Under the pieces are notes generated by a model, which was given only the letters and a program-made list of their open reading frames with translations, was not told the DNA's origin and made no database searches. Shown here piece by piece: positions 49,252 through 61,095 of a DNA stretch of 64,000 nt. The stretch covers positions 1 through 64,000 of the forward strand of contig NC_043002.1 of assembly GCF_006345805.1 (NCBI RefSeq), in the 5' to 3' direction. Positions within the stretch are counted from its first letter, which is position 1, and every line of letters starts with the position of its first letter. The DNA comes from Octopus sinensis (taxonomy: Eukaryota). Made by a program: the position numbers and the translations under genes.

Positions 49252-49627
49252 GTAAGTCTATGTATTCATATATAAAGTAATGTATTTTCATAACTGCTCT
49301 TTTGTATAATAAAGCATAATTGTCCTTTTCTTTTTACAGAGGGAAAAATATTCAGAATTTCTGTCTGAATGGTAGCGGTTACAACTGGGAATAAAAATAG
49401 TATCACAGACATAGTTTGTCAAAATTTTACCTTTATGCTGCTCATTTCTTTAAATGTATTATTTATCACTAATGTAATAGAAATGAGTCTAAAGAATAAT
49501 CTCTTTTGTTTGTAGAAATTATAAACAAGATCCACGAACCTTTGTTAAAGTTATTAGCCTGGGTTCTGACAGCGCACAGTAATGTCTAAACATTAAATGC
49601 CCCAGAATTCCCTGTATGATGCATGTG

Positions 49628-50046
49628 GGATCTTTTCGGTTTGAACGGCAGTTTTTTCTAGCGGTGTCATATGAAATTGTCACCCATTATTATGACCCTA
49701 GTATCAATCTATTGCATTTCAATCTGTTTTAGGGTTAGGATTAGGGGTGGGTGGAAGAGTATTTTTTTTCTTCAGAAATGTAAATAAACCCAATCTGTTT
49801 CTTAAACGAGGGACATATTCATATAGCACAGAATGTTTTTTTTTACCTCAATAAACGTCAGTGATTGGTTGAAATTGCAGAAATTGAAGGAAAAAAACAA
49901 CAAATATCTTACAAACTATAGAATTTTCTCAAGAAAGCCAAGAGAAAAAGATGTTTTATTAACACATTCTACCAGTATACGAAGTTTAAAAGTTTTTAGT
50001 TACCTAGAAATTATGTTAAAAACTGCCGTTCAAACCGAAAAGATCC
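49628..50046. mobile_element. MITE with ~28-bp TIRs and 8-bp TSD, inserted in an RTE fragment
   Basis: TIRs ggatcttttcggtttgaacggcagttttt / aaaaactgccgttcaaaccgaaaagatcc. TSD TGCATGTG at 49620-49627 and 50047-50054. Confidence 0.92.
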
Positions 50047-50460
50047 TGCATGTGTGCGAACTGTCATGCTACATGGCAGTGAAACATGGGCTATGAATGC
50101 TGAGGACATGCATAGGCTTGAAAGAAATGAAGCTTGTATGCTTCACTGGATGTGTAATGTCAGTGTGCACACACGACAGAGTTCAAGTTTCCTGAGTGAA
50201 AAGTTGGGCATAAGAAGCATTAAATGTAGGCTATTCTTACTGTACTGGTATGATCATGTGTTACATATGAATGAAGACAGCTGTGTGAGGAAGTGCCACT
50301 CCCTAATTGTAGAAGAGGTAGACCCAGGAAGACATGGGATGAGGTGGTGAAGCATGACCTTCAAACATTGGACTTCACAGAGGCAATGACAGGAGACCAG
50401 GACCTTTGGAGACATGCTGTGATTGAGAAGACCCGGCAATTAAAGTGAGATGGCAGCCAC
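50047..50460 (+). mobile_element. RTE RT C-terminal fragment (continues from ~49610 across the MITE)
   Basis: YDACV|RTVMLHGSETW...LERNEA in ORF 50054..50350. Confidence 0.88.
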
Positions 50461-50959
50461 ACATGTCCAGCCCTGTTAAAAATACTCCTGATACTTTGCG
50501 CCAATATGATGTACAACTTCATTTAACCATGTTGCTTTGACAGAAATTCCTGTCACCAACATACTGAACACTATCATTTTGGTTTTACTTTTTGCTTTCT
50601 TTAATATATACACATATATATAAAAACATACATACACACACACACACACATATATATAAAATACACTTTAAGTGAAATAAAGTTTCCCAAAAGTTAAATA
50701 TATCTCATAAAACAAATGTGAATGTCAGTGTGTCACACTTTTTCAACACAAAGCCTAACAGCAGATGAAATACGAGGCATTTTGTTCAGCATACTAATGT
50801 TTCTGCCAGCTCACCACCTTGATATAATAAATGGGAATGTCAGTGTGTCACACTTTTTCAATTTTACTCCTAGAGTTCATAGCCCAACATAACATATCAA
50901 TACTACATGTGTCGAAACAGTTGTTGTGATTAATAATATATTCCATTTTCCATCTTATC

Positions 50960-50993
<34 letters not shown>

Positions 50994-51240
50994 ATATATA
51001 TGTATGTATATATATATGTATGTATATATATATATATGTATGTATATATATATATGTATGTATATATATATATGTATGTATATATATATATGTATGTATA
51101 TATATATATGTATGTATATATGTATGTATGTATATATGTATGTATATATATATATATATGTATGTATATATATATGTATGTATATATGTATGTATGTATA
51201 TATGCATGTATATATATATGTATGTATATATATGTATATG

Positions 51241-51290
<50 letters not shown>

Positions 51291-51308
51291 TATATGTAAC
51301 TTAGAATA

Positions 51309-51505
51309 ACTTAAAAAGGTTTTGGCCAGTATTGGCCCAGGCCATGTCTAACTTAATAGCACCACCTGGCGAAGTCTTTCAGTTCACATTTGGGCACCAA
51401 GGCCCATTCGAGCAGAGAGTTATTGTTTGCGGAGACATATCCGGGTGTGTGTGGTTTGTCCGGTACTGTTTGAAGGAATTTGTCCAAAGACTTCTTGAAT
51501 TTTGT
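51309..51505 (-). mobile_element. ~200-bp 3' tail of LINE family B
   Basis: Matches 3645-3845. Confidence 0.92.
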
Positions 51506-51725
51506 GTGGTCAATATGTATATATATATGTATGTATATATATATGTATGTATATATGTATGTATATATGTATGTATATATGTATGTATATATATATGTAT
51601 GTATATATGTATGTATATATATATGTATGTATATATGTATGTATATATGTATGTATATATGTATGTATATATATATGTATGTATGTATATATGTATGTAT
51701 ATATATATGTATGTATGTATATATG

Positions 51726-51768
<43 letters not shown>

Positions 51769-51782
51769 ATATGTATGTATAT

Positions 51783-52512
51783 ATCATCATCATCATCATC
51801 ATCGTTTAACGTCCGTTCTCCATGCTAGCATGGGTTGGATGGTTCGACCGGGGATCTGGGAAGCCAGAAGGCTGCACCAGGCTCCAGTCTTATCTGGCAA
51901 TGTTTCTACAGCTGGATGCCCTTCCTAACGCCAACCACTCTATGAGTGTAGTGGGTGCTTTTTACGTGCCACCCGCACAGGTGCCAGGCGAGGCTGGCAA
52001 CGGCCACGGTCGGATTGGTGCATTTTACGTGCCACTGGCACGGAAGCCAGTCAATCGGCCACGATTCGGATAGTGCTTTTTACGTACCACCAGTCCGGGG
52101 GTCCTGGCATCTGCCGGGTGCCAGTCATAGGATTGGTTCAATTTCGATTCCGATTTCACTTGCTCCAACAGGTCTTTGCAAGCAAAGGGGGGTTGGCATG
52201 GGTGCCTGTTGTCGGATGAGGTTCGATATTGACTTCGCTTGCCTCAACAGGTCTTTGTGTGTCCAAGGGAGGAAAGGTATGCATAAGTGGGCTGGACTCG
52301 CTTGTCCTGCCTGGTCTTCTCATGTACAGCATATTTCCAAAGGTCTCAGTCGCTGGTCATTTCCTCAGTGAGGCCTAAAGTTCGAAGGTCGTGCTTCACC
52401 ACCTCGTCCCAGGTTTTCCTGGGTCTACCTCTTCCATGGGTTCCCTCAACTGCTAGGGATTGGCACTTTTTCACACACCTATCTTCATCCATTCTTGCCA
52501 CATGACCATACC
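51783..52512 (-). mobile_element. 5'-truncated RTE LINE
   Basis: (GAT)n tail, 3' UTR and the C-terminal RT segment WYGHV..GRPRKTW. Confidence 0.88.
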
Positions 52513-52782
52513 AATATATATGTATGTTTATATATATAATTATATGTATATATGTATGTATGTATATATATATATATGTATATATGTATGTATATATATA
52601 TATGTATGTATATATATATATGTATGTATATATGTATGTATATATGTATGTATGTATATATATATATATGTATATATGTATGTATATATATATATGTATG
52701 TATATATATATGTATGTATATATGTATGTATATATGTATGTATATATATATATGTATATATATATATGTATATATATATATG

Positions 52783-52813
<31 letters not shown>

Positions 52814-52886
52814 GTATGTATATATATATATGTATGTATATATATATATGTATGTATATATGTATGTATGTATATATGTATGTATG

Positions 52887-52945
<59 letters not shown>

Positions 52946-53392
52946 ATGTATATGTATGTATATATGTATGTATGTATGTATATGTATGTATATATATATG
53001 TATGTATATATATATGTATGTATATATATATGTATGTATATATATATGTATGTATGTATGTATGTATATATGTATGTATGTATATATGTATGTATGTATA
53101 TATGTATGTATGTATATATGTATGTATGTATATATGTATGTATGTATATATATATGTATGTATATATATATGTATGTATATATATATGTATGTGTATATA
53201 TATATGTATGTGTATATATATATGTATGTATATGTATGTATATATATGTATATGTATATGTATGTATATATGTATATGTATGTGTATATATGTATGTGTA
53301 TATATATATGTGTATATATATATGTGTATATATATATGTGTATATATATATGTGTATATATATATGTGTATATATATATATGTATATATGTA

Positions 53393-53451
<59 letters not shown>

Positions 53452-53480
53452 ATATGTATGCATATATATATATATATATG

Positions 53481-53700
53481 TAAAGTTAATCCAAACATGA
53501 AAATCCCAAAGAGAAAACGCAACAACGTGAGAATGTGGAACAAATATAGTAGAGTTATTGGACGCTCAGGAAAGAAAAGAAAGACAGAGGATTTAACGTT
53601 TCAAGCGGAGCTCTTCGTCAGAAACATAGGAAAAGGAAAGATTCAAGGAAGGGAAGACAGAGGAAAAAAATCGCCAACGGTACACACGTGGTCACAGTTT
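53481..53700 (-). mobile_element. Penelope pLTR-like relic with minimal hammerhead motif
   Basis: Minus 53591-53625 reads GTTT-CTGACGA-A-GAGC TCC GCTT-GAAA-CG-TT-AAAT. Confidence 0.65.
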
Positions 53701-54353
53701 GAATATACACACACACGCACACACGCACACAAACACATGCATATATACACATATGTGTGTTTCTATATTCATAATCCAGTGAAGCAAACCGAGATTTACC
53801 CATTAGTACAATTACAGTGCGATTTCTCACTCTAAATTTTCCTTAGTGATGTGGTTAGCCAAAATCCTGGACTATACCTCAGAACTCTTCTAGTACCCAT
53901 CTGGATAATGTATCCCTATATGCCCATTGTATGCTTATATATATATATCAACACACACATTTATATGCGACCATGCAGCCACTAAATGACTAACCTGCAA
54001 TAATTCCACTTCTGCTTCTACCATTATTACAACAGTTCATGTTCCCCTGAACTTACAAATTTTCTACCATCCCTACCTAGTTTACCTATCTGCCCTCCTT
54101 TCATAAGCTATGCTCTAACTCATCCCTTATATTCTACATTGCACCAAACATTTTACTCAAATTTTTATCCTCTTATCTCCAAAACTGCAATCTCCTGGGA
54201 TTCCCTCTTCACTCCATTTTGCCTCCAGATACCAAGACGAGTAGTAATGCTATTAACCCCACAAATTTGGGAGTGTCAGTTATAGTAATAGCCCCTTGTC
54301 TCTAAACTAAGATTAAAATACACATACATTTATTTCTCTTAAATTCATTTCAG

Positions 54354-54523
54354 GGCTGAGAAGGCTCTTTTGAAAGACTATCCTGACGGTGGTTTTATAT
54401 ACAACACAAATGGATCTTTTTCTGATGGTCAACGATATTGTTGTAAAGACTATCCATTATGTAATCTGTTTTATGACATTCATCCATCTGACACCTGTTC
54501 AAAGTATCAAGTTCCAGGGACTG
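54354..54523 (+). CDS. Host gene exon: AMOP C-terminal half (AEKALLKDYPDGG...YCCKDYPLCNLFYDIHPSDTCSKYQVP)
   Basis: tttcag acceptor, gtaagt donor, 170 bp, phase 2-1. AMOP CC..C..FY..RP..C..Y.PP consensus. Confidence 0.92.
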
Positions 54524-54611
54524 GTAAGTTTATTCCTTTTAATTTTTTTACCTTAATTTTTCATCAAAATGTTAAACAAAAGATCTGAAAAATAATATCA
54601 TTATTAATTGT

Positions 54612-55508
54612 TTGCTTTTGGAAAGTGGTATATCATTGTTGTTGATTATGTGCTACGTATGTCAGTTGATACCATCTCTGGCAAAGGCTTTGAAATAAAA
54701 CCAAGAAGAAGTTCCAGACACCCAGCTGAGTACTTGACAGACACTGACTTTGCTGACGACATCGCTCTTATCAGTGATTCTCTCTCCAATGCCCAGTCTC
54801 TTTTACAATCTCTTGAACAAGCCTCAAATTGTGTAGGTCTTTACCTTAATGAGACCAAAACTGAATACATAAACAAGTGCCTGTCCAACAGTGATTGCAT
54901 CATCCATACTCTCAACAATGCGCCCTTAAATATGGTTTCTGATTACAAATATCTTGGGTCATACATATCATCATCTGGAAAAGACTTTCTCACTAGAAAG
55001 GGTATGGCCTGGTCAGCCTGTAATGACATGCATAAGATCTGGTCATCAAATCTAAGTAGAGACTTCAAACTTGAAATATTCAAAGCCACAGTCGAACCAA
55101 TTCTACTATATGGCTCAGAAACCTGGACGTTATCAAAGAATCTTGAGAGGCGGTTGGATGGAACCTACACTCGCCTCCTTATGAGAGCTCAAAATCTCTC
55201 GTGGAAGCGCCATCTAACCAAAATGCAAATATATGGGAAATTACCTGTGTCATCTCTTGTGAAAGGTAGGAGAGTCCAGTTTGCTGGACATTGTTGTAGA
55301 ACTGAAAAAGAAGTAATTTCTGCTCTTCTCCTCTGGAAGCCATCTACTCGCAATACCAGAGGGCGCACACTCTCCTACCCTGATGTAATCTCCAGGGATA
55401 CAGGCATCCAGCAACAGGACCTCCGTAATGCTATGATGGACCGTGAAGTCTGGCGTAACATAGTAAATTCCATTGTCTCGACCACGGTCGAACAATGATG
55501 ATGATGAT
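54612..55508 (+). mobile_element. 5'-truncated RTE-clade LINE, second family
   Basis: ORF 54608..55498 (DFADDIAL, YKYLGS, LLYGSETW) and (GAT)n tail. A fragment of the same tail lies at 16561-16606. Confidence 0.9.
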
Positions 55509-56289
55509 ATCAGAAGGGTCTAACTTTTAGGTGAGAGAATATTTGGTTGCCCATTAAGCTAACTCTATGTAGAACTAATTCATCACTAAGATTATCACAA
55601 CTAAGTGAAAGAAGAGGCAGAAACCTTTAGTTTCGAGGACAACTGGAAGTTGGTGTGTAACAACTTCTTAATTAAGTTTTCCTCAAGTTCGCTGAAACAT
55701 TCACTGGAATTATTTATTCATGATATACGATGAAGGTTAAATTGATGGCAAAGGCCTTAGCTTAGATGACAATAGTGCTTATACTGAATATAAATTAAGC
55801 AGAAGGGACAAGATATATTATTGAAAGTTAATAAAGATGAGTCTGACAGATAACTGGAGAGCACTGATTAAGTTGGGAAGATGAGAAAAGATTTTTCATT
55901 CTAATATCAACGAAAACATACTTTGCCTTCTTCATCATTCCCTTACATTCATTTTCAAGTGGTCCTATGTGCCTACTAAGCAAACTTCTCACTTATTTTA
56001 TATATACAAGCTGCATTGAAACTAGATGAACAGTTTATGATTATGTATATTTTGACACTAGTTATATAATTATATTCATTTTTTTTTTTACATACAGTAA
56101 TAAAAATAAATTTCAAAAAATTAGTTCATTACAAAAGCACTGAAAATGTAATCAACTCAGTTATTCCAGCTGTTGTCCCTCACAATTTACACAGCTTTGA
56201 AGTCCACCTTTCATGCTTTGACATTTCTGTGCAAGTTTCTTTCTCCAGTAACATCTTGAAATCTATTTCTGACATAATTTTTTGAATTA

Positions 56290-56480
56290 CCAACATCATC
56301 ATCATCATTTAACATCCATTTTCCATGCTGGTATGGGTTGGGTGGTTTGACAGGAACTGGCAAGACTAAGAGCCACACCAAGTTCTATTTTCTGTCTTGG
56401 CATAGTTTCTACATCTGGAAGCCCTTCCTAATGTGAACCACTCCACAGAGTGGACTTGGTGCATTTTATGTAGCACCTGT
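56290..56480 (-). mobile_element. RTE 3'-tail fragment
   Basis: catcatttaacatcc..ccatgctggtatgggttgg..cccttcctaatgtgaaccac. Confidence 0.75.
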
Positions 56481-57441
56481 ACTTCATTGTTGTTGAGTAC
56501 TCTGTAGAAAATTAAAAAAAATCTATTTTGGTTAAACTTGTTGCCCAATGAATTCGGCTTCTTCAGTTGATCCATTTTCTCTTGAATAATGCAGAATGGA
56601 ATTGGAGTGTCTAGTTGGAAAGAGGGTTCATCTTAATTAAGTTCCATTCATTACAATCTCAGGATATGAATCATATGACTTCTGCATAAAAACAATTGGG
56701 CCTAAAACACAAGAACTCAACATATTACCCCAAACACTGAGTGACACCAGACTGATTTAGTTGTTGTGTTAATGGTAAATGTCTGCTCTCACCAATTAAC
56801 ACAATTACATTTGTTAACAAGACTTGATAATGTGAAGAAGAAGAAGAAGAAGAAGAAGAAAAACTGATTGATTGACACAATGTTATCTAAAAGGATTGGA
56901 TTTCCTTCTGTTTTCATTCTCTCACTAAATTGCTGTCACATGTTTGTGTCATGCTCCAATAAACCAAGTTGTCATGAATGAAAAGTGTTCAACCCATTCA
57001 GTCCCAGAATTCATAGACTCGAGCTTTATGAAATGTTTGATTCTGCTGAAGCTCTTCTGGTGGACTTTTTTAAACCATGAACAAAATTCTTCAGCAAAAT
57101 TTGTGTGAACTGGTTTCAGTCGACCAATTTTAGGTATATTCAGAATTGAACTAGTGGCATCAGTTTTCTCATTGATGTGCTAAATTGTTTTATCACTTTG
57201 AGACTTGAGTGCCATGTTTCATTTAGACATTCCCAGTATCCATTTAACACACTTTTTCTTGAATCAGAAATGAAAGTATTTGCCATTATGACTTCTCTGA
57301 ATTATCCACTGAGAAAAAAAAAAGATTCAAATTTTAATAAATTTCATTATGTTTAATTGACTCGAGCAATATAGTTATAATAAACACCAATATGATAATA
57401 TGACACAAGCCCTGTTCAAGTGACTGGCCACCAGCATGTAT

Positions 57442-57474
<33 letters not shown>

Positions 57475-57530
57475 TAACTTTATACTTTTTCTTTTTCACC
57501 TCACCAGTAATGGTGCCACAGTAATGATGA

Positions 57531-57565
<35 letters not shown>

Positions 57566-57567
<2 letters not shown>

Positions 57568-57865
57568 CCTTCTCATAAGTAGCAGAAAAATGTGTGAGGA
57601 GTTTCTACAAGTATAGTTTCTACGACCAGAATTGCTCTCTGCAGTGATCATTCTAAGCATGGTAAGAACCATGCTTAATCTGGATGTGCAAATATCTGAA
57701 ACTTGTATGAGGCGTAGGAGTGGCTTGCTTACGAACCACATGGTCCTGGGTTCAGTCCCACTGCGTGGCACTTTGGGCAAGTGTCTTCGGCTATAGCCAT
57801 GGGCCAACCAAAGCCTGTGAGTGGATTTGGTAGATAGAAACTGAAAGAAGCCCGTCGTGTATATG

Positions 57866-57896
<31 letters not shown>

Positions 57897-58196
57897 ACCC
57901 TTCTCATAAGTAGCAGAAAAATGTGTGAGGAGTTTCTACAAGTATAGTTTCTACGACCAGAATTGCTCTCTGCAGTGATCATTCTAAGCATGGTAAGAAC
58001 CATGCTTAATCTGGATGTGCAAATATCTGAAACTTGTATGAGGCGTAGGAGTGGCTTGCTTACGAACCACATGGTCCTGGGTTCAGTCCCACTGCGTGGC
58101 ACTTTGGGCAAGTGTCTTCGGCTATAGCCATGGGCCAACCAAAGCCTGTGAGTGGATTTGGTAGATAGAAACTGAAAGAAGCCCGTCGTGTATATG

Positions 58197-58227
<31 letters not shown>
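57566..58227. repeat. 331-bp tandem duplication bounded by (GT)n, containing a SINE head
   Basis: acccttctcataagtagcag recurs at 57566 and 57897 with identical unique sequence. Confidence 0.95.
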
Positions 58228-58231
<4 letters not shown>

Positions 58232-58450
58232 ATGTATATATGTTTGTGTGTCTGTGTTTGTTCCCCCAACATCGCTTGACAACCAATGCTGGTGTATTTA
58301 CGTCCCTGTAACTTAGCGGTTCAGGAAAAAGAGACCAATAGAATAAGTACTCGGCTTACAAAGAATAAGTCCTGGAGTCAATTTGCTCGATCGACTAAAG
58401 GCAGTGCTCCAGCATGACCATAGTCAAATGACTGAAACCAGTAAAAGAGA
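58043..58450 (+). mobile_element. Full-length tRNA-derived SINE with internal (GT)n and LINE-like 3' tail
   Basis: Head ggcgtaggagtggc..ggttcagtccc; tail ggcagtgctccagcatgaccatagtcaaatgactgaaaccag. Confidence 0.85.
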
Positions 58451-58682
58451 AAGGTGGTGAATATTTGGAAATGACAATGAGCATTGTATGAGAGAAGAAA
58501 GTTTTTCACATTGATGGCATCTTTTGTGGCCAGATGCTGTTGTTTGATATGGAGATAATTGGAGTATGTGTCAAGATATTAATATTCATGGATTGATGGA
58601 TGTATAGAAGGGGTGGCATATAAATTGTGACTTGAAATGTATCTCTTTTTAAATGTATCTCTTCTTTTGTATCAAACTACAG

Positions 58683-58794
58683 TATTTGTGTTAGACCCCT
58701 TGGTTTTCAAGATGATAAACAAGAAGTGGTATAGTTTTTATGGCGCAGGAGAATATACGTTATTAACGGTTAAAGCTCCATGGTTTGACACAAG
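58683..58794 (+). CDS. Host gene exon: start of VWD domain (VFVLDPLVFKMINKKWYSFYGAGEYTLLTVKAPWFDT)
   Basis: ctacag acceptor, gtaagt donor, 112 bp, phase 1-2. Y.F.G.GEY.LL VWD motif. Not in the ORF track. Confidence 0.85.
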
Positions 58795-59064
58795 GTAAGT
58801 TACCTTCCTATATATATATACGTGTGCGTGTGTGTGTGTGTAACATGATGTAAAATAATAGATACCTACAATTAATTCTTTGGTTGAACTCATGTCTAAA
58901 CTTCAGCTTCAGGTGCCGCTTTAAATGTAAAGATGTGGCAACCGCCTTAATAAGAATCAGCTGTTGACAATGTATTGATTAAACTGGTTTCATGTATATT
59001 AGAATAAAAGGATAGAGAGGTGAATCACAGGTATTGAATCAGATACCTGTTGTTTATAAATTCA

Positions 59065-59205
59065 ATGCGTTTGGAAGGGCATCCAGCCATAGAAACATTG
59101 CCAGATCAGACTGGGCCTGGTGCAGCCTTCTGGCTTCCCAGACCCCAGTTGAACCGTCCAACCCATGCTAGCATGGAAAGCGGACGCTAAACGATGATGA
59201 TGACA
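59065..59205 (+). mobile_element. RTE 3'-tail fragment
   Basis: Ends ggacgctaaacgatgatgatg. Confidence 0.85.
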
Positions 59206-59889
59206 ACATATTGAGAGGAACAAATACATAAAGGAATATAAACCCTAGATCAGTAAAACCTCACAGCAAGTATTATCTCTTAATGTGACTTCTACTGATT
59301 TCCTATGTTTTAGATTCCTTTAGGCATTTGTTTCTCTCTCTCTTCATCACCACCATTAACACTCACCTTTCATGCTGACATGGTTTGGATGGTTTGACTG
59401 GAGATGGCAAGCCAAGCTGTATTGTCTGCTTTGATATGGTTTCTACAGCTGGACACTTTTCCTAATGCCAACCACTTTACATGGCACCAGCACCAGTGGA
59501 GTCACTAAGTACCTTGCAAGACAGAACCTCTAAACTGAGCAGGGTTAGGGTATTGAATGCGGTGACTTTGTGCCAAGTGATGGGAGGGACAGAAACAAGT
59601 GTCTGTCATCAGTAGAGCTGAGACATGCCCACCTCCACCGGGAAAAGGGAAAGAAAAGAGGAGAAGAGAGAGAGAGAGAAGATGGTGAAGATGTGTCAGT
59701 GCATATCCTCAACTTACATGGAAGGAGATATAAGTGAAGGATTGGATAAGGTGGGTGGGTAAGCTCATGAGATTGCAAAAGGAGAGTAGAAGATGGAGGA
59801 GAGGTGAACACAGTTGGATGTAGGGGTTAGGGTTAGGAAGATGAGTTGTGGGGAGGTTTGTAAGGGATAGACATAAATAGCCTTTAGGG

Positions 59890-60530
59890 CCTCATTTTTA
59901 CTTAGATGCATTGGTTTTCTTAAGCAAAATATCAATCATCTTGGTTCTTTTGTCATCTCCTCTATGAGGCTCAACATTAGAGCATTTTTCACCATTTCAT
60001 CCCACATCTTCGTGGGTCTTCCTCTTCCACAGGCTCCATTCGCATCACATGACCATACCAACACAGTCTTCTCTCTTGAGCACTATATCTAATATTTCTT
60101 ACGCCCAATTTTTCTCTCAACATATTTATACATTGCTGTACATGCACACTGGCAGTGCACATCCAATGCAGCATACTGCATTCCTCTCTTTCAAGACTTT
60201 GCCTGTCTTCTGTATTTACAGCTTGTATTTCACTGCCATGTAGCATAGCTCTTCATACAAAAGCATCACACAATCTGCCTTCCACTCTAAGGAGAGTCAC
60301 TTTGTCACCGACAAACATAATTGATCTCTGAACTTCATTTCCCAGCTAGTTCTTATTCTAGTAGCTATGCTTAATCATCATCATCATCGTTTAACGTCCG
60401 CTTTATATGCTGGCATGGGTTGCACGATTTGACTGAGGACTGGTGAACCAGATGGCTGCACCAGGCTTCAATCTTGATCTGGCAGTTTCTACAGCTTGAT
60501 GCCCTTCCTAACACCAACAACTTCGAGAGT
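59890..60530 (-). mobile_element. Decayed RTE fragments
   Basis: ORF 59989..60246 (MLHGSE..QERRLCWYGHV) plus an RTE tail at 60365-60530. Confidence 0.8.
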
Positions 60531-60688
60531 AAGATTAACTGTGGTAATAGAACTTTAAACCCTAAATAAGATTATTTTTACTGACTTTTTTCTTGACTTA
60601 GTATTTTCCTGCTATCGTCATCATGATAACCTTTAATATAATTGTTGTTGTTCTTAGTGGTAGTAGCAGTAGAAATAGTACCTCTAAG

Positions 60689-61095
60689 TATTATTATTAT
60701 TATTATTATTTATTTAGCTTAATTTTGAATTTATTAATAAAGTTCTTTTCTCTGATTTAATCTCTTGGATTTTGTAGTTTGTGGAATGGAAATATAAATA
60801 TCTTCTGACCACAACTTGCTTGATGGTTACTCAAAGGTATCTGACAGACATCTGGGTCTCTAATCTGCTGTCGGTGCACACATGAACATTCTGATTGTAC
60901 ATTTCCAGTCAGACCCACATATGGTTCTTCACAATTCAGGCATTTGATGCAATAAATTAAATTTCTGCTTTTGCAGTTCGTATTTGATTTTGTGAATATT
61001 TTTCCCAGTTTTTGTTTTGTGTTCATATATTGGCCGCTATGTATGAATTGGCATGTGCCACATTGGCTGTCAGTGCATTTAGATACAGTGTGAAC
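60689..61095 (-). mobile_element. Penelope-type GIY-YIG endonuclease fragment ending in (TAA)n
   Basis: VSKCTDSQCGTC...NLIYCIKCLNCEEPYVGLTG...H...H and a C-terminal EKNFINKF motif. Confidence 0.85.

Larger units (their letters stand above)
50960..53480. repeat. Large (TA)n/(TATG)n arrays hosting short LINE tails
   Basis: Arrays at 50960-51298, 51505-51782 and 52513-53480. Confidence 0.97.

Noticed and set aside
49730-49750. Interstitial telomeric repeats (also ~42535, ~59543, ~59822)
   Set aside because: Only 2-3 imperfect TTAGGG units each, embedded in transposon-derived sequence.
50890-50960. Hammerhead-like GAAAC-AGTT-GTT-GTG motif
   Set aside because: Only the 3' half is present; there is no CUGANGA or stem II partner upstream.
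56560-57330. Possible decayed DNA-transposase or hidden exon region
   Set aside because: All frames are interrupted and I recognised no motif, TIR or phase-compatible splice pair.
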